A stretch of DNA of 64,000 nucleotides from Bacteroidota bacterium (GTDB lineage Bacteria; Bacteroidota; Bacteroidia; Bacteroidales; WCHB1-69), in the NCBI GenBank assembly GCA_037130365.1, contig JBAXTE010000015.1:4242-68241 (forward strand), read 5' to 3'. The notes under the pieces were generated by a model that saw only the letters and a program-made list of their open reading frames with translations, did not search any database and had not been told where the DNA came from. This document shows positions 48,514 to 56,149 of this stretch, one piece after another. Position numbers and translations under genes: made by a program. Each line of letters begins with the position of its first letter. Within the stretch, counting starts at the first letter, position 1.

Positions 48514-48720
48514 TTTTTCGAGAATCCTCTAAAAATCACAATCCGCTAGTTCGCGGATCTATTTTTAGGGAATGATTTGAAAATGGAGATAGCAATTTGC
48601 TTATCCTGCTCAATCCGCGTTCTATTTATATTTGGAACGTGATGACCCAGATGAATGCTGATTTTTGTTTTTTTAATCCGCGAATATCCGCTCAATCCGC
48701 GTAATCCGTGTTCTATTTAT
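48514..48720. repeat. composite 'ATCCGC-word' intergenic repeat element, copy C
   Basis: 48523-48599 matches 36550-36623. It is followed by ..atcctgctcaatccgcgttctattta.. ggaacgtgatgacccagatgaatgctgat ...aatccgcgaatatccgctcaatccgcgtaatccgtgttctatttat. Confidence 0.85.
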
Positions 48721-48721
48721 A

Positions 48722-49912
48722 TTATTTTTTGATAATTGTTTTTTTTATTAGAAATAAGAGTTCGAAAAGGCCAGCTTTTAATCGAACCAAATAATACAAA
48801 AAAATCAGCCATTTACTTTTAATCTGATATCGCTTTCGCATATAATTTGAAGAAGGAAATATGTCATTCAAAAGATATTTAAATTTATTTCCAAATCCCG
48901 AAACTCGCTTTATTGCTTCTACGCTTGTATTTGATATTGTTTTTTTTATTTCTATAGTATCCCCTTTGAAATAGGATATAAATAATTGTTCAAAATCTTG
49001 TTCAAATGACTGATAAACATTTGATTGTATTTCTTCTGGTAATAAAGCTCCAAAATATTTATTAATAATATAAAGATGCCGATTCACATTTTTTGTGCAA
49101 TTATACTTTATACATGTCTGATTAAAAGTATCCCAATTAAATTCGTCTTTATAAAACTTCAGCACTGCCGCAATGTCGCAATACGAATAAAGTTGAATTT
49201 TTCCATACATAAAATGGTAGTCTAAATGTAGGCAAAGATGTTGTAATAAGTCGTTCGGCGATAATGCTAAACACTTCGAGTTATTGATTGTAACAGGTTG
49301 AGCATTTTGCCAATAATCATCGATATCAACATAATATTCACAATTGCTGGGATGAATTTTTAAATGTAATTCAACCGGAATATTTTCTTTTAAAAGTTGA
49401 GGTAAGTGCTTTATATCAGTATTCCTTTTTATAAAATCTGATTTGTAACGATCTTCGCATACAAAGCCAATATTGATTAAGGAGTTTTTGCAATTTTCTG
49501 CATCATCAACTTTCACAAGTAAGTCAATATCGCTCATTTGGCGGATTCCCAAATCTTTATAAATGCAGTTGACCAGAAAGATTCCCTTTAAAGCAATCAC
49601 CGGAGTTCCTAGCTCTGAAATTGCATTAATGACATCGTTAAAATTTTTATAGATGATTTCATTTCGAAAAAAAGACTGGTAATAGGTCTGTTTTAATTTT
49701 GATATTGTAGAATCAGGAATTGAAGAATAATTAATGGCATATGAAAGGTTCTTATAAATTAATGGACCTACGCTATTGCGAATTACATTGTTGGTAAAGT
49801 TATCCCAATCGTTTACGTTACTAATCAATTGCTCCATTGATAAAATCTCATCATCTGAAGGATGAAGTCTAGCTGCTGCAAATATTAGTTTATCTTCAAC
49901 GGAAATTGTCAT
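48722..49912 (-). CDS. uncharacterised nucleotidyltransferase family protein (NTP_transf_5 / PF14907-like)
   Basis: 396 aa. 'IALKGIFLVNCIYKDLGIRQMSDIDLLVKVDDAENCKNSLINIGF' matches the family core (LKG....Y.D.G.R...DIDLLV). Confidence 0.7.
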   Translation of the reverse strand: MTISVEDKLIFAAARLHPSDDEILSMEQLISNVNDWDNFTNNVIRNSVGPLIYKNLSYAINYSSIPDSTISKLKQTYYQSFFRNEIIYKNFNDVINAISELGTPVIALKGIFLVNCIYKDLGIRQMSDIDLLVKVDDAENCKNSLINIGFVCEDRYKSDFIKRNTDIKHLPQLLKENIPVELHLKIHPSNCEYYVDIDDYWQNAQPVTINNSKCLALSPNDLLQHLCLHLDYHFMYGKIQLYSYCDIAAVLKFYKDEFNWDTFNQTCIKYNCTKNVNRHLYIINKYFGALLPEEIQSNVYQSFEQDFEQLFISYFKGDTIEIKKTISNTSVEAIKRVSGFGNKFKYLLNDIFPSSNYMRKRYQIKSKWLIFLYYLVRLKAGLFELLFLIKKTIIKK

Positions 49913-50096
49913 TTCAAAAGAGGTAGTTTAATTATAAGTATACATGAAATTTATCGTACCAATATTCAAAGATAAAACATTTTTGAGCTTGGGCTCAAAT
50001 TTTTATCAACTACAATTAATGTTTTAATCAATGGAGCTTAAATTCAAAAGAATAATTATTAAGTGAACACAATTTATTTATGAAAATATTTTGTAT

Positions 50097-50123
50097 AAAA
50101 AAAACCCACCGATATAGTGGGTT
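50097..50123 (-). terminator. rho-independent terminator after tRNA-Ser
   Basis: The minus strand reads cccac-tatatcg-gtggg followed by T8. Confidence 0.6.
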
Positions 50124-50138
50124 GTTTAAAATTGATTG

Positions 50139-50225
50139 CGGAGAGATAGGGATTCGAACCCTAGGACCCCTCGCGAGGTCAACAGTTTTCGAGACTGCCC
50201 CAATCGACCACTCTGGCATCTCTCC
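50139..50225 (-). tRNA. tRNA-Ser (anticodon CGA), class II with long variable arm; CCA not encoded
   Basis: GGAGAGATGCCAGAGTGGTCGATTGGGGCAGTCTCGAAAACTGTTGACCTCGCGAGGGGTCCTAGGGTTCGAATCCCTATCTCTCCG folds by hand into a cloverleaf. The acceptor is GGAGAGA/TCTCTCC, the anticodon loop is CTCGAAA, and the T-arm is TAGGG-TTCGAAT-CCCTA. Confidence 0.88.
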
Positions 50226-50229
50226 ATTT

Positions 50230-50291
50230 TTGGGAGTTCTTCCTGACTGCCCCTCCCGATAACTATCGGGACGACCACTCTGGCATCTCTC
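50230..50291 (-). pseudogene. truncated 5' fragment of tRNA-Ser with an 18-nt hairpin insertion, located in the tRNA-Ser leader
   Basis: GGAGAGATGCCAGAGTGGTCG[TCCCGATAGTTATCGGGA]GGGGCAGTC... repeats tRNA positions 1-21 and 25-33. It then diverges and has no 3' half. A 29-bp perfect direct repeat lies at 50205-50233 and 50272-50300. Confidence 0.55.
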
Positions 50292-50304
50292 CATTTTTGG
50301 TTTG

Positions 50305-50312
50305 CAAAGTTA
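50305..50312 (-). promoter_or_regulatory. candidate -7 box (TAACTTTG) driving the tRNA-Ser transcript
   Basis: The minus strand reads TAACTTTG about 14 nt upstream of the truncated tRNA copy. No comparable box lies between the two copies. Confidence 0.4.
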
Positions 50313-50467
50313 GTAAAAATTGTTTCAAAACCTATTTATTAATTGTGATGTTCAAAATAATTTTCACCTGTTTTAATATGAAAAATGTTCGTTTCTTTTA
50401 TTATTAACAATAAATTTTATATTTTTGAGTTTACAAAAGGGTGTTTTGAAAATTTAAAAATTTTATT

Positions 50468-52018
50468 ATGAAAAAAACTATTTTTCTCTTGTGTTTATTG
50501 CCTTTTTTGGCTCAGTCGCAGATTACGTTACCAGTTAAAAAAATTACCATTTATAAAAATTCTACAGGAATGGTAATGAAACAAGGATTGGTGAAAAAAT
50601 CGAATGGAAAATTCGTAATAACTTCTCCAACTAATGCTCTTTTAGGAACTTATTGGATAGCCACTGGTAAAGATTTTCCGATTAAAAATGTATATTTCAA
50701 TAATGACACTGTAAAGTTATCAACTTCAGCATCCACAAATGCATTGGTTTTGCAAAATAGCATTGGCAGAGATGTCACATTTACAATTACTTACAGCGAT
50801 AAATCTGAGAAAATAATAAGTGGTAAGCTATTAAGCTATTTTCCTGAAACCAATATGGTTAAAGTTAAGCAAGATAATGGAAAGACAAATTTTTTTAACG
50901 CTTCAGGAATTGTATTTATGGAATTTGCGGGTGACACAAATCCAATTTATCTTCGAGATAGTCTTGTGAAATCGGCTATTATTGAAATTGATAAAGGAGG
51001 GGAGAGTCAGAATGTCGTTGAGTATTATATGCAAGAAGGGTTCAACTGGATTCCCTCATATTTTTTAAGAATAATAAACGACAAAGAGGCTCGATTAGAG
51101 ATGAAAGCGACTATCGAAAACTATTCAGAACCTCTTAATGATGTTGATTGCGAATTGGTTGTTGGCTCACCTCAATTGTATTTTGGTAAACAAAATGATC
51201 CAATGACATATGGTTGGATTACTTCGATAAATCAAAAAGGAGTTACTTACAATAATGATAACGCAATGAGCAATATGCAAGTTCAAACTGCTTATCGACA
51301 AGAAGTAGATGGTAGTAATGGACTTGGATATGCTGCGGATGTTACAGCTTTTGAAACCGAAGGTGAGAAAAATAATGATCTCTTTTACTATCAAATTGGC
51401 AAAATATCATTACCAAAAGGAACCAAAGGATTTTTCCCAATCTTTGCTACAAATTTAGCATTTAGCGATCGATATAAAGCTGATATTCCAGATAAAAATA
51501 ATATGTCATACACTGGATATTGTGATAATTCAGAAAATTTTTATGATGTTTTTCACTCATTAGATTTAAAAAACACAACTTCATATCCATTCACTACAGC
51601 CTCTGTTATGGTTATTTCTGATAAAGGTCAGTTTATGGCTCAAGATTTATTTAAATATACTCCCGTTGGTGGAATGGCTTCAATTCGGTTATCTAAAGCT
51701 ATCGACATTCAGTTAAAAAATGTGGAGGAAGAATTAGTTCGTACAGATAATGCAAAACGAATTGGCAAAACAATGTATTCAAAAGCAACAGTTAAAGGAA
51801 CAGTTTCAATTTCTAATATGCAACAAAAACCTGTGATTGTAGATGTTAAGAAAAATACTGCTGGAACTGTACTTAACAACGGTGGAGCTACTGTTCATAA
51901 AAAAAGAGTTAATGGATTAGTAAATCCACAATCTGAACTTGAATGGAGCGTATCGTTAGCAGCCGGTGAAAAGAAAACCCTAACTTATGAATTTGAAGTC
52001 TATTTTATTAGCTATTAA
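50468..52018 (+). CDS. secreted hypothetical protein (possibly DUF4139/MuiA-like)
   Basis: 516 aa with signal peptide MKKTIFLLCLLPFLAQS and a beta-rich sequence. The family assignment is a guess from general architecture. Confidence 0.5.
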   Translation: MKKTIFLLCLLPFLAQSQITLPVKKITIYKNSTGMVMKQGLVKKSNGKFVITSPTNALLGTYWIATGKDFPIKNVYFNNDTVKLSTSASTNALVLQNSIGRDVTFTITYSDKSEKIISGKLLSYFPETNMVKVKQDNGKTNFFNASGIVFMEFAGDTNPIYLRDSLVKSAIIEIDKGGESQNVVEYYMQEGFNWIPSYFLRIINDKEARLEMKATIENYSEPLNDVDCELVVGSPQLYFGKQNDPMTYGWITSINQKGVTYNNDNAMSNMQVQTAYRQEVDGSNGLGYAADVTAFETEGEKNNDLFYYQIGKISLPKGTKGFFPIFATNLAFSDRYKADIPDKNNMSYTGYCDNSENFYDVFHSLDLKNTTSYPFTTASVMVISDKGQFMAQDLFKYTPVGGMASIRLSKAIDIQLKNVEEELVRTDNAKRIGKTMYSKATVKGTVSISNMQQKPVIVDVKKNTAGTVLNNGGATVHKKRVNGLVNPQSELEWSVSLAAGEKKTLTYEFEVYFISY

Positions 52019-52037
52019 TTCTCATTTTTTTATAAAA

Positions 52038-52068
52038 CAAAAAGCTCCGAATTTCGGAGCTTTTTGTT
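52038..52068. terminator. bidirectional terminator between convergent genes
   Basis: aaaaagctccgaatttcggagcttttt: a GC-containing hairpin flanked by A-runs and T-runs. Confidence 0.7.
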
Positions 52069-52106
52069 TTATATCACAATCGGATTTTTTGAAAACCCCA
52101 TATCAT

Positions 52107-54041
52107 TTATCGTTTCTTTTGATTGTTTGCCTGTTTAACTTGCTGTTGTTGTTTAGCAAGATTCTCAAGTTTTTGTGACCAACCAGATTTCTTTACAGGT
52201 TTTAGTTTATTTAGTTGAATTTTTTCGTGGATTTTTTTCTCGTCAATAAAAACTCTAAACAACCACATTTGTAAGAAAGTAATAACGTTTACTAAAAAGT
52301 AATAGTAGCTAAGTCCCGCAGCATAATTATTGAAAATTCCTAAGAACATAATTGGCATCATGTACATCATAATCTTCATTGTTTTGGCTTGCTGAGCGTT
52401 TGTAGAAGCCATCATGTCGTTGTTTATTTTGGTGTAAACCAACGTAGCAATAGTCATTAAGATGGTAAACAAACTGACATGGTCGCCATAAAAAGGAACC
52501 TTAAACCCAAAATCGTATATTGAATCATACGTCGATAAATCTGTTGCCCAAAGGAATGACTGTTGACGTAGTTCAATTGATGAGGGGAAAAATCGGAATA
52601 ATGCAAGCAGAATTGGCAATTGAAGCAACATAGGCAAACAACCCGACATTGGATTTGCCCCCGCTGATTTGTATAACGCCATGGTTGCAGATTGCTTTTT
52701 CATAGCATCTTCGCTCTTTGGATAACGCTTAGCAATCTCCTCAACTTCTGGTTTTAATACTCTCATTTTTGCCGATGACATATATGTTTTATATGCAATT
52801 GGGAATAATACGATTTTTAATAATATAGTTAGAATAAGTATGATAATTCCATAATTCCAACCGTAATTTTCAAGCCAGTTAAAGACGGGTAGAACTGCAA
52901 AACGGTTTATCCAAGCCATAGGAGCAAAACTCCATCCAAGAGGAATCTGACGCTCTAAATCAAGGTTGTATTTTGCTAAGGTTTTATACTTAGTTGGTCC
53001 AAAATACATTGCCATATCAAAGTTGAAATTCTTTAATGAATTTGCAATAGGTACTTTAAATTCAGCAGTTAGTGTTTTAATCTTATCAGGATTGTCAAGG
53101 ATTGCTTTTGTGTTTATTTTTGCACTTTCAAAATTGCTTTTTGCAATTAATGTGGTTGCAAAGAATTGTTGTTTAAACGAAATCCATTTTACTTGGGTGG
53201 TAATTTCTTTGCTATCGTCTTTTGTTTCAGTTAGATAATCAACTTCTTCGGTATCGCGGAAATAAACCGTGGTTGCATTTTTTTCGTTGTCATGACTTTT
53301 TTCTAGCTTGTTAATAGTGGTTTGCCAGAAAAATCCAAGAGTGCTAGTATTGCGATCTACATAGCTATCCATATTCACCATATTGAGGTTCATCCCAACC
53401 ATATAGTCGTTTCCTTTAATGGTATATAGATATTCGATGTAACTATTTGTTGATGCAACGCTGTCGGATGTTGGGTAAAGACGAAGAGCAAACTGCAATG
53501 AATCTGTGCCTTTTACCACCATTTTTTTATTACCATCAAATTTGGGGTTTTTCCAAACTGGAGTGAAATACAGTTTTTGAGTTTCCACCAACTGACGATT
53601 TGAGAAAAACGAAAATCCCATGGTATTGGTGTCGCCAGTAAATAAAACCAACGGCTTTCCATCAAATGTTTTAGTGTTTTTAAGCTCCGCAGAATAAACA
53701 CGGCCTCCTAAAGTGCTAAAAGTTAATTTAAGTAAGTCATTTTCAATAGTAAAAAATTCTTTGGTTCCAGTAGTTGATTTGCTGAAAAATCCCATTCCTA
53801 AAGTATCTCCATTCACTGCTAATCCTGATGAATCTTTTCTTGTGCTGTCTGCTTTTCCTGCAACAGCTGTTGATTTTGCTAACGAATCGCTGAGTAATTT
53901 CTTTTGGTTTTCTACTTTAACAATAGAGTCTTGTTTGAGCTTTTGTTGAGCTAATTCTTCCTTGGATGGTTGTTGCCATATACTAAAACCAATGAAAAGC
54001 CCAAAAATGAGTACTAAGCCGAAAATTGTATTCTTATCCAT
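52107..54041 (-). CDS. yidC: membrane protein insertase YidC (long Bacteroidota form)
   Basis: 644 aa. An N-terminal TM, a large periplasmic domain, and a conserved C-terminal core (..NYGIIILILTILLKIVLFPI...GCLPMLLQLPILLALF...). A TATCTTTG box lies at 54061-54068 on the minus strand. Confidence 0.9.
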   Translation of the reverse strand: MDKNTIFGLVLIFGLFIGFSIWQQPSKEELAQQKLKQDSIVKVENQKKLLSDSLAKSTAVAGKADSTRKDSSGLAVNGDTLGMGFFSKSTTGTKEFFTIENDLLKLTFSTLGGRVYSAELKNTKTFDGKPLVLFTGDTNTMGFSFFSNRQLVETQKLYFTPVWKNPKFDGNKKMVVKGTDSLQFALRLYPTSDSVASTNSYIEYLYTIKGNDYMVGMNLNMVNMDSYVDRNTSTLGFFWQTTINKLEKSHDNEKNATTVYFRDTEEVDYLTETKDDSKEITTQVKWISFKQQFFATTLIAKSNFESAKINTKAILDNPDKIKTLTAEFKVPIANSLKNFNFDMAMYFGPTKYKTLAKYNLDLERQIPLGWSFAPMAWINRFAVLPVFNWLENYGWNYGIIILILTILLKIVLFPIAYKTYMSSAKMRVLKPEVEEIAKRYPKSEDAMKKQSATMALYKSAGANPMSGCLPMLLQLPILLALFRFFPSSIELRQQSFLWATDLSTYDSIYDFGFKVPFYGDHVSLFTILMTIATLVYTKINNDMMASTNAQQAKTMKIMMYMMPIMFLGIFNNYAAGLSYYYFLVNVITFLQMWLFRVFIDEKKIHEKIQLNKLKPVKKSGWSQKLENLAKQQQQVKQANNQKKR

Positions 54042-54168
54042 TTTGTAATTTGTTTTTGCGCAAAGATATGCGTTTTTGATGAAATTTAAAATTATGAATG
54101 ATCAATTGTAATTATTAATGACCTATCGATTTGCCATTGAATAGCTATTTTGGATGTAAAATTCGGTT

Positions 54169-55320
54169 TTACTTTATTCTAACATCCGAAATAATTCCAC
54201 AATTGTTGTTTGAAATAAATGATTTAATCCCTTTTGGAAAATATCTTAGAATCCCATATTGATGAACTGGCAATAAGAAAAACTGTGGTAAGTTTAGTCC
54301 GTTATTCTGAATGTAAATCGTTGTCATCTCTGGATTCCTGTATGGGATTAATTCCTTAGGCTTCGCAATAATACTATCCTTTTTGATAATATTATTCGTT
54401 TTTAATAATAAGGAATATTGCTCAATATTCTTTTCCGATATTTCTGTAATTCCTTTGTCTTCCGAAAATCCAAATAAAGGAATTGATTTGTTTTGTGAAG
54501 TATTACTTGGGCAAACCATCATATCAATTTGTTGTGATTCGGATTGGGTAATTCCTGTAAAAAGCTCCAAATAATCGTTTTCCATTTTAATCAACTGAGT
54601 ATTCATAAACTCAAATGCATCTTTTGAATATGGAATTTCTTGAGTAGCAGAGATTAGCTCATACCGTTTTAAACGAAATTTTAAGATGTAATCTGCAGCT
54701 TCCTCTGCTCTTTGCTGAACAGTTTTTGTGACTAATGTCCGCTTAATGATTGGTCTAGACATCACAATGGTGTCCATTTTTACCGTTTCATAAACTGTGT
54801 CAATCTTTTCTATTTGTGATGCATCTGCATAAAGTTTAAAAAAGTTTGGATAGCTTGCTGTTGGCGGTGTAATTGAAAGCCTTGCACTTGATAATGTAGA
54901 ATCTAACTTTCTTCGACTTCGGCTATTTATTTGGTCAATAGTTCCTAATCCATTTAAATGAAATCGCGATGATCTTCTAAAGAGGGAACATCCTTTTTGA
55001 GAAATCAAATACTGATGCGCAGTATCTGGAATATCAATGGCTGAAATCTTAATATTTGAGATTTTATATGAAGTTTGATTAAATGCAATTACGTTCTTTA
55101 ACCCCAAAAGTTTTTCGGCATATTCTGCAAATGGTCCTTTTATCTTGGTCTCTTTTTCAACAGTAATGTTTGCAATCAAAGCTGTTTGTGGTAAAGTATA
55201 AACCAAACCAGTATTAACTAAATTTTGATTTGAGCTATTCAGATGTATAGCTTTATATGAAGTACATTGCCAAAGACTCATGGATAAAATCGAAAGAAAT
55301 AGTGCGTTTTTGATTTTCAT
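54169..55320 (-). CDS. hypothetical lipoprotein
   Basis: The start is trimmed to the ATG at 55318-55320, giving MKIKNALFLSILSMSLWQCTS (lipobox-like). No catalytic motif recognised. Confidence 0.55.
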   Translation of the reverse strand: MKIKNALFLSILSMSLWQCTSYKAIHLNSSNQNLVNTGLVYTLPQTALIANITVEKETKIKGPFAEYAEKLLGLKNVIAFNQTSYKISNIKISAIDIPDTAHQYLISQKGCSLFRRSSRFHLNGLGTIDQINSRSRRKLDSTLSSARLSITPPTASYPNFFKLYADASQIEKIDTVYETVKMDTIVMSRPIIKRTLVTKTVQQRAEEAADYILKFRLKRYELISATQEIPYSKDAFEFMNTQLIKMENDYLELFTGITQSESQQIDMMVCPSNTSQNKSIPLFGFSEDKGITEISEKNIEQYSLLLKTNNIIKKDSIIAKPKELIPYRNPEMTTIYIQNNGLNLPQFFLLPVHQYGILRYFPKGIKSFISNNNCGIISDVRIK

Positions 55321-55637
55321 TTTTTTTCGAATAATTGTTTGTAATATTAAATGCAAAAGTAATTAAAATTTTCAGGAAATTACATGGAATTCATAATTAG
55401 TCAATCTGCCAAATCGAACTCTTTTTATTGTTTAGTTAGAAAATGAGAAAAGATAGTTGTTTTTTATTGTATCTCAAAACCAAGTTCTTGATAATTATAG
55501 GGATTACCTTGATAATTTGTCGTTTTTTGCAAAACAAGAATCTGACCGATGTTTGCCTTAAAAATGGACATTTTTTTTTCCGCTTTTTTGATAAGTTTGG
55601 CTTTAACAATCAGGCGAAGTTTTATGGTGCAAACCTT

Positions 55638-56008
55638 ACAAAACAGTATCTTCATTTTTATAGAATTAAGCTCCCATTGTGGGCATAAACCGCCTTGAGT
55701 AAAAGAGCGTAAAGAACCGAGACCCGCCTTCGCGGGACGAGCTCTATACGACATTTAAATAAAATAAATATTCCCGTATAAAAAAGAAACAGTTTTGAGT
55801 TAAGAAATCGATGGTGTTTGACGACGTTAGACAAAATGACGGTTAGAATTGTTTTTTTACTTTCAAAATATCATTTTGACTATAAGGAGGAGTTCATCGG
55901 TTTTAGCAAAACTGTTTATTTTTTAGCACTTTTGCTACAGCGGCGGCATTTTTTGCTGACTTTTTTTTGCTGTAGAAAAAAAGCCAGTGCCTGTCCGGCA
56001 TTAGGACA
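55638..56008. repeat. composite hairpin-rich intergenic element, copy 1 (conserved ~150-bp left module, variable middle, GCATTAGGACA right end)
   Basis: 55681-55786 differs from 59084-59190 at only about six positions by eye. Both elements end in gcattaggaca. Confidence 0.8.
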
Positions 56009-56149
56009 TTTAGAAAACAAATTTAAGCATTTTCTTTTCTAAATTTTGAGTAGATACTTTATCCCATTTAATTGTACTATGAGATAAAAACTCAATCAGG
56101 AGAAATTAAAATTTATCACAGTTTATTGCGTTTTTTTCAAAATTGCATC

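Noticed and set aside
50028-50294. 88-aa and 60-aa ORFs (50028-50294 minus strand, 50080-50262 plus strand)
   Set aside because: They overlap tRNA-Ser and its duplicated 5' fragment and are translation artefacts of RNA-gene sequence.
49913-50467. Integrated mobile element or prophage at the tRNA-Ser locus
   Set aside because: No integrase, excisionase or phage genes flank the tRNA. The duplicated segment is the tRNA 5' half rather than the 3' attachment core typical of integrases.
55681-55760. Group II intron domain V/VI remnant (GAGCTCGTCCCGCGAAGGCGGGTCTCGGTTC on the minus strand resembles the GAGC...GTTC domain V frame)
   Set aside because: The hairpin is 31 nt with mismatched internal pairing, the loop is GAAG rather than GNRA, no GUGYG 5' end or reverse-transcriptase ORF is nearby, and both copies lack a convincing domain VI. 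The resemblance is judged superficial.
55443-56042. ORFs 55443-55688 (+), 55464-55754 (-) and 55818-56042 (+)
   Set aside because: They are mutually overlapping, low-complexity, and coincide with the composite repeat element. They are treated as non-coding.
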